From assembly GCA_963824995.1 (NCBI GenBank), contig CAWGRK010000009.1:235934-299933 (forward strand): 64,000 nt of DNA. The letters run 5' to 3'. The DNA is from an uncultured Actinomycetes bacterium (GTDB lineage: Bacteria > Actinomycetota > Acidimicrobiia > Spongiisociales > DATADW01). The notes below the pieces were generated by a model. That model had not been told where the DNA came from, made no database searches, and saw only the letters and a list, made by a program, of their open reading frames with translations. Shown piece after piece: positions 34,648 to 43,879 of this stretch. How positions within the stretch are numbered: the stretch's first letter is position 1; each line of letters begins with the position of its first letter. Made by a program: the position numbers and the translations under genes.

Positions 34648-35805
34648 ATGGCCCTATCGGACATCGAGAGCCGCGGTCGTAGGGGTGGGCTTCATCGGCG
34701 TCGCCCACGTCGAGGCGCTGCGGCGACTCGGGGTCGACGTCGAGTGGTGTGGTCGGCTCGAGCCCAGAGCGGGCCGGGCCAAAGGCGGAGGCCGCCAATC
34801 TCCCTCCTGTCCTACGACAGCCTCGAGGCGCTCTCGGCCGACCCGAGGTCGATGTGGTCCACATCGCCAGTCCCAACCACCTGCACGCCGAGCAGGTGCG
34901 GGCGGTGCTCGCCGCCGGGAAGCACGTCGTCTGCGAGAAACCGCTGGCTCTCGACACCACCGAGACCGCCGACCTCGTCGCCGCGGGCCGAGGCAGCCGG
35001 CATGGTCAACGCGGTCTGCTTCAACCTCCGCTTCTATCCGCTCTGCCACCAGATGCGGGCGCATGGTCGCATCCGGCCAGATCGGGCGCCGCGGTTCGTC
35101 ACCGGCAGCTATCCTCCAGGACTGGCTCCTGCTCGACACCGATTGGAACTGGCGTCTCGTGCCGGACAAGCCGGGGAGCTGCGCGCAGTGGCCGACATCG
35201 GCTCGCATTGGCTCGACCTGTCTCGGTTCATCACCGGGCGCAGGATCGTCGAGGTGATGGCCGACCTCCACACCTTCGTACCGGTCCGCCGCCACCCCGC
35301 CGGACCGGTCGAGACGTTCGCCGCGAACGAGCGAGGACGACGATCTGGTCGAGGAGGAGATGACCTCCGACGACGCCGCCGGAATCCTGCTTCGCTACGA
35401 GGACGGGGCACGCGGGGTCTTGGCCATCTCCCAGGTCTCGGCGGGGAGGAAGAACTCGTTGAACCTGGAGGTCGACGGCTCCGACTCGGCGCTGTCCTGG
35501 AACTCCGAGGACCCCGACCGACTCTGGATCGGCCATCGCGGCCGCCCCAACGAGATCTCGCAGCGCGACCCGTCGCTGGCCACCGAGGATGTCGCCCGCA
35601 TGATCGGCTACCCGGGCGGCCATGTCGAGGGATACCCCGACACCTTCCGGGCGCTCTTCGCCGAGGTCTACGCCGCGGTTGCCGAGGGGCGCCAACCGGA
35701 CAACCCACCTATCCGACCTTCGCCGATGGTCACGACGCGGTTGCGGTGACCGAGGCGGTGGCTCGTAGTTCTGACCAACGCCGCTGGGTGAAAGTCGAGC
35801 GATAG
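34648..35805 (+). CDS. Gfo/Idh/MocA family oxidoreductase; many frameshifts
   Basis: GFIGVAHVEALRR, SPNHLH, HVVCEKPL, QDWLL..TDWNWR, ADIGSHW. Confidence 0.85.
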   Translation: MALSDIESRGRRGGLHRRRPRRGAAATRGRRRVVWSARAQSGPGQRRRPPISLLSYDSLEALSADPRSMWSTSPVPTTCTPSRCGRCSPPGSTSSARNRWLSTPPRPPTSSPRAEAAGMVNAVCFNLRFYPLCHQMRAHGRIRPDRAPRFVTGSYPPGLAPARHRLELASRAGQAGELRAVADIGSHWLDLSRFITGRRIVEVMADLHTFVPVRRHPAGPVETFAANERGRRSGRGGDDLRRRRRNPASLRGRGTRGLGHLPGLGGEEELVEPGGRRLRLGAVLELRGPRPTLDRPSRPPQRDLAARPVAGHRGCRPHDRLPGRPCRGIPRHLPGALRRGLRRGCRGAPTGQPTYPTFADGHDAVAVTEAVARSSDQRRWVKVER

Positions 35806-35815
35806 GAGAACGACC

Positions 35816-36732
35816 ATGAAGATGGGACTGCTGACCGCACCCTTCGGCCGACCCCGCTCGATGGAGGTGGCCGACTGGGCCGCCACCGAGGGGTTCGAGA
35901 TGCTCGAGGTTTGCGCCTGGCCCCAGGGTGAGGGTGTCGCCCGTCGCTACGGCGGAGTCACCCACGTCGACGTCGAGGACTTGTCCGAAACCCGGGCATC
36001 CGAGATCGTCGACGAACTGGCCAACCGCGGGATCACGATCTCCGGACTGGGCTACTACCCCAACCCGCTCCACCCCGACCCCGAGCACGCCGAGACCGTC
36101 AACGACCATCTCAAGAAGGTGATCACCGCGGCAGAGATGCTCGAGGTGCCCGTCGTCAACACCTTCATCGGCGCCGACGGCTCCAAGACCCAGGCGGACA
36201 ACTGGGCCGACGCCAAGAAGGTATGGCCGGAGATCGTCGAACCATGCCGCCGACCACGGGGTGCGCATCGCCATCGAGAACTGCCCGATGATCTTCTCAC
36301 ACGACGAGTGGCCCTCAGGGCACAACCTCGCCCACACCCCGAGCATGTGGCGCACGATGTTCGAGGAGTTCGGCGAGACGGTCGGGCTCAACTTCGATCC
36401 GTCCCACCTCGTCTGGCAGATGATCGATATCGAGGCGGCGGTCGACGAGTTCGGCGACCGCTTCTATCACCTCCACGCCAAGGACCTCGAGATCGACCAT
36501 CACGGGTCTCTACGAGAACGGGATCCTCTCCGCCGGGATCGGCTGGCAGGTGCCCCGGCTTCCCGGGTTGGGCGACGTCCCCTGGGAGCGGCTGTTCGCC
36601 GCCCTCTACCGCTCCGGCTACGACTACGTCTGTTGCGTCGAGCACGAGGACCGGCAGTGGGAGGGCTCGGACGACCTGGTGAAGCGGGGTTTCCAGCTGG
36701 CACGCGACGTACTCGCCCCGTACGTGCATTGA
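35816..36732 (+). CDS. Sugar phosphate isomerase/epimerase (AP_endonuc_2 TIM barrel); frameshifts
   Basis: YYPNPL, IAIENCPM, GLNFDPSH, HAKD, PGLGDV.W, VEHED. Confidence 0.88.
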
Positions 36733-37649
36733 TCGTCCGAACCGTTCTGGGGGACGTACCCGCCGGCATGCTGGGCGTGACATACGCCCACGAGCACGTC
36801 ATCCTCGACGGCCCGCTGGTGGTGGAGAGATTCCCCGAGCTCCATCTCCCCTCGGTTGACGATGCCGTCACCGAACTGCGTGACGCGGCAACGGCCGGGG
36901 TGGGAACCATGGTCGACGCCATGCCCGGCGATGCGGGGCGCGACGTCGCCAGGCTGGCGGCAGTCAGCCGGGACAGCGGTATCCACCTGGTGGCGACGAC
37001 CGGCACCCACACCGCCCGCTGGTACAGCGAGGATCACTGGTCACGCACCGAGCCGGCGACGGCACTGGCGGCGCGTTTCGTGGCCGACCTGACTACCGGT
37101 GCCGACGGAACCGAGCACCGTTGCGGTGTCATCAAGGTGGCGACCCTCGGTGAGTCGCCCGACCCCGTCGAGCGCGGTCAATTTGAGGCCGCCGCCGAAG
37201 CCCATCGGACGACCGGAGCGCCGATCCTCACTCACTGCGAGAACGGCGAGGGAGGCTTCGGGCAGGTTGAGACCTTCTCCGCGCTCGGCGTCCCGCTCGA
37301 TCGGGTAGTGCTGTCGCATACCGACAAGGTCACCGATCTCGGCTACCACCGCGACCTGCTCGACACCGGAGTCAGGTTGGAGTACGACCAGGCGCTACGC
37401 CACGACGGTCCCGAGCCAAACCCGACCGCAACCCTCGTCGCCTCGATGTGCCAGGAGGGCCACGCCGATCAGATCCTCCTCGGCACCGACGCCGCCCGCC
37501 GCTCCCTTTGGACGACCCTCGGCGGCTCCCCCGGTCTCGCCTGGCTGGCCACCGGCTTCGCCGAGATTCTCGAGGCGGCGGGCCTGGACGCAGCGATTCG
37601 GCAGCAGATACTCGTCACCAATCCGGCCAACTGGCTGGACTGGGGCTAG
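36729..37649 (+). CDS. Phosphotriesterase-family (PHP/PLL) amidohydrolase
   Basis: GVTYAHEH, GVIKVA, ILTHC, LSHTD, LGTD, NPA. Confidence 0.9.
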   Translation: MIVRTVLGDVPAGMLGVTYAHEHVILDGPLVVERFPELHLPSVDDAVTELRDAATAGVGTMVDAMPGDAGRDVARLAAVSRDSGIHLVATTGTHTARWYSEDHWSRTEPATALAARFVADLTTGADGTEHRCGVIKVATLGESPDPVERGQFEAAAEAHRTTGAPILTHCENGEGGFGQVETFSALGVPLDRVVLSHTDKVTDLGYHRDLLDTGVRLEYDQALRHDGPEPNPTATLVASMCQEGHADQILLGTDAARRSLWTTLGGSPGLAWLATGFAEILEAAGLDAAIRQQILVTNPANWLDWG

Positions 37650-37652
37650 GCA

Positions 37653-37865
37653 AGACGGCGGACGACGGACGACGGACGACGGACGACGGACGACGGACGA
37701 CGCACGGAAGGAAATCCAAATCCTGCCCCCCGCTGCCTTCTCTCTGTCCCCCCGCGGGGGAAGGGTCCCGCTGCGAAGCAGCGGGTAGGGGGCTGGTCAA
37801 CTCCCAACTGCGCTCAGCCGCGCTCCGTTTTGTAGCGACAACCGCAAAGGCGGGGGAGGCAGGAA
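37653..37865 (+). repeat. Composite repeat: (GGACGAC)x6 plus palindromic element within TCCTGCC/GGCAGGA inverted ends
   Basis: Heptamers 37660-37701; element CTGTCCCCCCGCGGGGGAAGGGTCCCGCTGCGAAGCAGCGGGTAGGGGG from about 37744. Confidence 0.8.
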
Positions 37866-37868
37866 CCG

Positions 37869-38210
37869 TCAGTCATCCAACTTGTAGTTGGGTTGGTAGA
37901 GCTCGACTTCGACGCCGCCGGGCATGAGGAAACGGGTGGTGGGGCCGTACCCGTAGTCCTTTACCTCGGTGGTGAATTCGACGCCCTTTGACTTGAGGTC
38001 CTCCACCGTGGACTCGATGTCGTCGCAGGTGAAGGAGACGTCGTGTCGCACCGATTCGTCGGGGTGACAGCCGATCTCGCCCGCCGGTGCACGGAAGATC
38101 AGCCACCCGTCCCCCGTGTCGGTGGCCGGGATCCCCAAGGTGTCGCGGATGAATGGCCGCAACGCATCGGCACCGGGGGTGAAGAACATGGCGTGGATTC
38201 CGGTGATCAT
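37869..38210 (-). CDS. VOC (glyoxalase/extradiol dioxygenase) family protein
   Basis: MITGIHAMFF, SFTCDDIESTV.DLK.KGVEF, MPGG.EVELYQP. Confidence 0.85.
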   Translation of the reverse strand: MITGIHAMFFTPGADALRPFIRDTLGIPATDTGDGWLIFRAPAGEIGCHPDESVRHDVSFTCDDIESTVEDLKSKGVEFTTEVKDYGYGPTTRFLMPGGVEVELYQPNYKLDD

Positions 38211-38248
38211 TGACCCCTCCTCGATCTGCTCCCCCATTCTGGATGAAT

Positions 38249-38969
38249 TCATGCCTGGGCGCCTCCGTCCCGGGTTCCAACCGCCACTTCGTCGGCCCAG
38301 ACGATGGCGTTGCTGTGCTCTCTCAGGTACGACGCCGGACATTCCGGCCCCACCGGGCCCTCGAGAACCCGTCGCAGGATCTCCCGCTTCTTGCCGCCGG
38401 CGACCAACAACCAGACCTCGTTGGCGGCGAGGAGTTGCGCCATCCCCACCGTCACCCCGTGTTCGATGGGCAAATCGATCCCATAACGGGCCAGCCCTTC
38501 TCGAGTCTCCTTGGCAAGCTCGACCACCCGGGTCGAGTCACCCGGCTCCGATCCAGGCTCGTTCATCCCAAGGTGCCCGTTGGATCCGAGCCCGAGAACC
38601 GCCAGGTCGATGCCTCCCGTGGCGATGGCGTCGACACGAATGCACTCGGTATCGAGGTCGGGGGCGTCGACGTCTATCCGGTGGAACCGACCAACCTCGA
38701 CGTGGTCGAGCAGTTGGCGGCGCAGCATCGACTCGCACCTTCCGGGGTGACCGACCGGGAGTCCGATGAACTCGTCGAGGAGAATGACCTCGGAGCGGGC
38801 CAGAGATGCGCCACCGGACACCAGCGCTTCGATACACAGGTGCGGGGGTATCGCCCGGATGCCAGGCACATCCGCAGCCGCGGAGTTCGCGCCGGAGACG
38901 ATCTGCCAACTCCTTGGCAACACCCTTAGCCCATCGAGTGGTGGGGAGCACCTCGAGTCGAAGCGTCAC
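38249..38969 (-). CDS. nagB: Glucosamine-6-phosphate deaminase-like protein; frameshifts in the 5' part
   Basis: [32 protein letters not shown]. Confidence 0.75.
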
Positions 38970-40168
38970 CCCCCGGCGACGATCCGGTCGACGAAGTCGC
39001 CGCTTGCCGGGTCCTTGAGGATCAGCTTGCGCCGACCGTCGGGGAGGGTCTCCTCCTTGATGACGATGTGGCCGTCGTAGGTGCCGGCTCGCGTTCGATC
39101 CGCGCCGGCCTGTCCACCGCCGCCACTCGAGGTCGACCGGCTCCCAGCGCCTCGACTCGGCCGAGCGGTAGCAGGCGTCCATGATGGCGTTGACCACGTA
39201 GCCGTCGTAGAAGGTCTCCTGGGGCTCGTCGCCGCCATCCATAGCGTCGAACATGTCCGTGAACATGTCCACGTAGCCCAGTTCGGATACCTCGTCGCCC
39301 ACCGGGAACAGCCATCCCTTCTCGGTCTCCGCCTTCTCGGCGACGTAACCGCCGCTCCCTCCGGCGGTGAACATCTCGTACCCGGTGCGGAGGAAGTGGT
39401 TGAGCCAGATGGTGCCGTCGGTACCCGCCACCTCGTCGCGCAGGTCCATGCCGCCGCGGAACGTCCAACTCACTTCGAACTGTCCGATGGCGCCCGACTC
39501 GAATCGGATGAGGGCGATGGCGTTGTCCTCGTCGTCGATTGGATGGACGAAGGTGTCGGTCCAACAGGTCACCTCGACCGGCCGGTTGTCCTTGCCGACG
39601 AAGTTGCGGATGATCTCGATGCAGTGGCAACCGAGGTCGATGATGGCTCCGCCACCGGTGAGACGGCCGTCCCAGAACCAGGCGCTGTGAGGACCAGGGT
39701 GGGTCTCTCTGGAGCGCACCCAGGTGACCTCGCCGATCGCCCCGTCCCGCACCGCGGCCACCGCTTTGAGCGACTTCGGCGTGTAGCAAAGGTCCTCTAG
39801 GTAGCCGGCGAATACCCCGGCCGATTCGACTGTGTCGAGGATCCGCTTCGCCTCAGCGGCAGTCGCGGGCCAGCGGCTTGGTGCAGAGCACCGCCTTGCC
39901 GTGGGCGGCGGCCATGGCGATCGCTTCCTCGTGGAGATGGTTGGGCAGACCGACCACGACGACATCGGTGTCGGGGTCGGCTACGGCGTCCTCCAGGCTG
40001 GTGGTGAACCTGCGGGATGGCCCATCGCTCGCTGAAAGCGGCTCCGCGCTCTTCGCTGCGCGAGTAGACCACCTCGACGCGGTCCCGACCCCGCTGACCG
40101 TGGAGAGTCTGCGTGTAGAACTCGCCGATCAGCCCGGTCCCCAGCATGGTGATGCGATGGCTCCGCAT
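38966..40168 (-). CDS. Gfo/Idh/MocA family oxidoreductase; several frameshifts
   Basis: [37 protein letters not shown]. Confidence 0.85.
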
Positions 40169-40200
40169 CGATTCCCTCCACCTCGTCGACCGGCGCCGAT

Positions 40201-40210
40201 TGTATAGACA
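40201..40210. promoter_or_regulatory. GntR operator-like site TGTATAGACA
   Basis: 33 nt upstream of the Gfo/Idh/MocA start; one mismatch to the other two sites. Confidence 0.6.
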
Positions 40211-40219
40211 GGCCCCACT

Positions 40220-40274
40220 CCCGTTTTGGCGTCAGGAAACGCGGCATGACCCCGTCGGGTGACGCCAAAACGGG
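40220..40274. repeat. 15-bp perfect inverted repeat CCCGTTTTGGCGTCA-N25-TGACGCCAAAACGGG
   Basis: Read directly. Confidence 0.85.
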
Positions 40275-40297
40275 GGGTCTAGCCTCCGGGACCGCTC

Positions 40298-41564
40298 ATG
40301 GCCGGCCCGCTCCCCCGCCATCTCCTCCCCGACACCTCGATCGATCGACCGCGGCAGGCTCAGCATCGGGGGGTGCGACACGCTCGAACTGGCCGCCGAG
40401 TTCGGAACCCCGCTCTTCGTTTACGACGAGGAGCATCTCCGCGCCCGTTGTCGCCAGGCGGTGACCGCCCTGCCCGGCGGCGCCGTCTTTGCGACCAAGG
40501 CGTTCCACTGCGTCGCCATGGCCCGCTTGGCCCACGAGGAAGGGATGCTGCTCGACGTCGCCAGCGGGGGCGAGATGCACGTGGCGCTCGCCGCCGGGGT
40601 TCCGCCGGACAAATTGGTCCTCCACGGCAACGCCAAGAGCGACCGGGAATTGGCGACGGCGCTCGATGTCGGCGTGGGGCGGATCGTGGTCGACTCTTTC
40701 GACGAGATGGATCGGATCGATCGTCTCGCCGGCGGCCGAACGGCTCCTGTCCTGGTCCGGATCACCCCGGGCGTGGAGGCGCACACTCATCGCTTCACCG
40801 CCACTGGGCACGACGACACCAAGTTCGGCTTCACCGTGTCGAGCGGGGCCGCAGCCGAAGCTGTGGAGAGAGCGCGGGGGGCGCCGTCGATGGACCTGCG
40901 CGGCCTCCACACCCACATCGGCAGCCAGGTGTTCCGGCTCGACTCGTTCGAGCGGGCCGCTCGCATCGTCGCCGCCATGGCGGCACCGTTCGACCTGCCC
41001 GAACTGTCGCTCGGCGGCGGTCTCGGTGTCCCCTACGTCGAGGGTGAGGAGGCACCGGGGATCACCGATTGGATCGAGACCGTCGAGCGGGCGGTTCGAG
41101 CCGAGGGGGTGAAGTCCCAGGTCATGCTCGAGCCGGGGCGGGCCATCGTTGCCACGGCGGCTGTCACCGTCTACTCGGTCATAACCATCAAGGAGATCCC
41201 GGACGTCCGCACCTACCTGGCGGTGGACGGCGGGATGAGCGACAACCCCCGGCCGGTGCTCTATGGGAGCGGTTACGAGACCTTCCTCCCGAGGGCGACC
41301 GACGCCCCACGCCCCCGCACCGTCACCGTGGTGGGCAAGCACTGCGAATCGGGCGACCTTCTGGTCGAGCACGGCTCTGTCCCCGATGACGTCGCCGTTG
41401 GTGACCTCTTGGCCACGCCGGTAACCGGCGCTTACGGCCACTCCATGGGTTCGACCTACAACAAGGTCCCGCGGCCAGCGGTCGTCTTCTGCTCCGGCGG
41501 GTCCGCCAGGTTGGTGGTGCGGCGGGAGACCAACGAGGACCTGCTCAGGCTCGACGTCACCTGA
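40298..41564 (+). CDS. lysA: Diaminopimelate decarboxylase; frameshift near 40350-40375
   Basis: FGTPLFVYDE, FATKAF, DVASGGE, HGNAKS, HIGSQ, EPGR, GKHCESGD, TGAY. Confidence 0.93.
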
Positions 41565-41586
41565 GAGTTACACTCGCTGTTCCCCC

Positions 41587-41658
41587 GCCCTCGTAGCTCA
41601 GGGGATAGAGCACTGGCCTCCGGAGCCAGGTGCGCAGGTTCGAATCCTGCCGAGGGCG
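41587..41658 (+). tRNA. tRNA-Arg(CCG)
   Basis: Acceptor GCCCTCG/CGAGGGC, anticodon arm CTGGC-CTCCGGA-GCCAG, T-loop TTCGAAT; CCA not encoded. Confidence 0.95.
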
Positions 41659-41665
41659 CAATACC

Positions 41666-41786
41666 CCAACCCAGGGTTCGGAGCGTCGCACAGCAGCGCT
41701 TCGGGCCCACGGAACGGCTCTCGCCACCCACCAACCCAGGGTTGGCAGCTACCGATGCGGTACTCTCCAGCCCTGGGTTTGGCAGC
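41666..41786. repeat. Three REP-like palindromes (CCAACCCAGGGTTGG family)
   Basis: Copies near 41666, 41731, 41767; shares GGCAGC and GGTACTCTCCA flanks with the 16816 cluster. Confidence 0.8.
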
Positions 41787-41832
41787 AACCTTGCCCGCAC
41801 AACATGCTCGAGGCGGTAGATTCGCGATCTCT

Positions 41833-42636
41833 ATGAGAAGTATCTGGAAGGGCGCCATCTCATTCGGTCTGGTCACCATCCCGGTGGCGCTGTACAGCGC
41901 CACCGAGGACCGCACCCCGAAGTTCAAGATGCTGCGCGACTCGGATCACAGCCCGATCCGCTACCGCCGGGTTGCGGAGAGCGACGGCAAAGAGGTCACC
42001 TGGGACGAGATCGTGAAGGGCTATGAGGTCGACAAGGGCCAATACGTCGTCTTCACCGACGAGGAACTCGAGGCGGCCTCGGCAGGGTCGGGCGCCAAGA
42101 TCGTGGACGTCGTCCAGTTCGTCGACACCGAAGAGATCGACCCGATCTACTACAAGTCCACCTACTACCTGGCACCCGACAAGAGCGGGGTGAAGGCCTA
42201 CAAGCTGCTCGCCCAGGCGCTCACCGAGAGCAGCAAGGTGGCCATATCCAAGGTGGCCATCCGCGATAAACAGCAACTTGCCGTGCTGCGAGCCAAGGAC
42301 GAAGTGCTGGTCATGGAGACCATGTACTGGCCCGACGAGATCCGCCAGCCCGAGTTCGAGGAACTCGACATCGACGTCGAGGTGCGCTCGGAGGAGATCA
42401 AGGTGGCCGAGATGCTGATCGACAACCTCTCGGCGCCGTTCGACGCCGACGCCTTCCACGACGCCACCCGCGAAGCCGTACAAGAGATGGCGCAGAAGAA
42501 GCTCGAGGGCGAAGAGGTGGTCATCCCCGAGGCACCGGAGCCCACCAAGGTGGTCGACCTGCTCGAGGCGCTCAAGGCGAGCGTCGAGGCGACCAAGGAG
42601 AAGACCGGCTCCGAGAAGAAGCGCGTCGCCAGCTAG
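41833..42636 (+). CDS. ku: Non-homologous end joining protein Ku
   Basis: MRSIWKGAISFGLVTIPV.LYSA, EIVKGYE, IDPIYY..YYL.P, VDLLEALKAS. Confidence 0.97.
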   Translation: MRSIWKGAISFGLVTIPVALYSATEDRTPKFKMLRDSDHSPIRYRRVAESDGKEVTWDEIVKGYEVDKGQYVVFTDEELEAASAGSGAKIVDVVQFVDTEEIDPIYYKSTYYLAPDKSGVKAYKLLAQALTESSKVAISKVAIRDKQQLAVLRAKDEVLVMETMYWPDEIRQPEFEELDIDVEVRSEEIKVAEMLIDNLSAPFDADAFHDATREAVQEMAQKKLEGEEVVIPEAPEPTKVVDLLEALKASVEATKEKTGSEKKRVAS

Positions 42637-42713
42637 GCCGGGCGCCGGATCGGGTGCCGAGCAGAGATCCGAAGGACGAGGATTGTTTGCGGTCCCGTCA
42701 CGGAGGTTCAGCG

Positions 42714-43145
42714 ATGAAGGCCACCCGGATCCTTCCCGCAATCGTCTTGTTCGCCTTGGTCACCGTTGAGTTCGGTGGCTGGTCGCTGCTCGGGTTCCTC
42801 GTCAGTGAGGAAGCTCTGAGCCCGGTGGAGGAGCAGTTCTTCCGAGCGGGTCACGCCCACGCGGGGGTGCTGCTGGTACTCGCCCTCGTCTTCTTCATCC
42901 TCCTCGGCCGCACCAACTTTTCGGAGAGGACCACCTGGATTCTCGGGCTGGTCTTGTTGGCGGGGATACTCCTCCAGTCGGGTGGGTTCTTCATCCATTT
43001 CGCGGTCGGCGAGGCCGGGGTCGCATCCGTGGGGACGATGGTCACCCGCGTGGGAGCTGTCGTCCTCGCCGCGGCTCTGGTGTCCCTCGGGGTGGGCTTG
43101 CTGCGGGCGCACCCGGGTGACATGGAACAACCCAACGCCGCCTAG
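42714..43145 (+). CDS. Conserved hypothetical membrane protein
   Basis: GGAGG RBS; FFRAGHAHAGVL motif; four TM helices. Confidence 0.7.
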   Translation: MKATRILPAIVLFALVTVEFGGWSLLGFLVSEEALSPVEEQFFRAGHAHAGVLLVLALVFFILLGRTNFSERTTWILGLVLLAGILLQSGGFFIHFAVGEAGVASVGTMVTRVGAVVLAAALVSLGVGLLRAHPGDMEQPNAA

Positions 43146-43233
43146 AGGGCTCACCGGACGGGCCCGGGTCTAGGCTGCGCCACGGCCCCTGGGAGGGATC
43201 ACTGCACGTGATGGGCTACGAGCCAGCGAGCCG

Positions 43234-43848
43234 ATGACACAGAGCCTGGGCTCCAATCGACCGCGGCGCCCCTTGCTGACCCGCATCGCTCTCGGCTACC
43301 AGCGGGTGGTCGACCGGATCACCGAGATTGCAGGCACCATCTCCTGGTTCCTCGTGCTTCCTCTGGTCTTCATCGGGTTCGCCAACGTCGTGCTCCGCTA
43401 TATCGGCGCCGCCATCGGACAACGGCTCACCACCAACGCCCTCTTGGAGGCGCAGTGGTACATCTACGCCGTCATCTTCCTTCTCGGGTTCCCATACATC
43501 CTGAAGCACCACATCAATGTGCGTGTCGACTTCTGGTACACCAACCAGTCGCCGCGGAGGAAGGCATGGATCGACTTCATAGGACACCTGATCGGGCTGA
43601 TCCCCTTCTCGCTGCTCGGCATATGGGTGTCGTGGTCGGCCTCGATGACGTCGTGGCGGAACAACGAACAGTCCCCCGACCCGAGCGGCATTCCCCGGGC
43701 GCCGATCAAAACCATGGTGCTGGTCGGGTTCTTCCTCTTGTTCCTCCAGGCGTTGGCCGAGATGGTCAAGTTGGTTGCCGTGCTCCGTCAACGGGAGGAT
43801 CTCGTCGAGATCCCCGAGGAGCCGGAAGCTCCTTTGCTGATCGAATGA
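43234..43848 (+). CDS. TRAP transporter small permease (DctQ)
   Basis: NVVLRY, EAQWY, INVRVD; four TM helices. Confidence 0.9.
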   Translation: MTQSLGSNRPRRPLLTRIALGYQRVVDRITEIAGTISWFLVLPLVFIGFANVVLRYIGAAIGQRLTTNALLEAQWYIYAVIFLLGFPYILKHHINVRVDFWYTNQSPRRKAWIDFIGHLIGLIPFSLLGIWVSWSASMTSWRNNEQSPDPSGIPRAPIKTMVLVGFFLLFLQALAEMVKLVAVLRQREDLVEIPEEPEAPLLIE

Positions 43849-43879
43849 GCCCGGTCACGACGGCGATCCGGTACTGGCG

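Noticed and set aside
36261..37649. Isomerase-phosphotriesterase fusion (462-aa ORF)
   Set aside because: Created by an indel near 36500; the isomerase ends at 36732 and the PTE has its own overlapping TTG start
41587..41830. tRNA-Arg as an integration site for a prophage or ICE
   Set aside because: No integrase and no duplicated tRNA 3' end seen in the window
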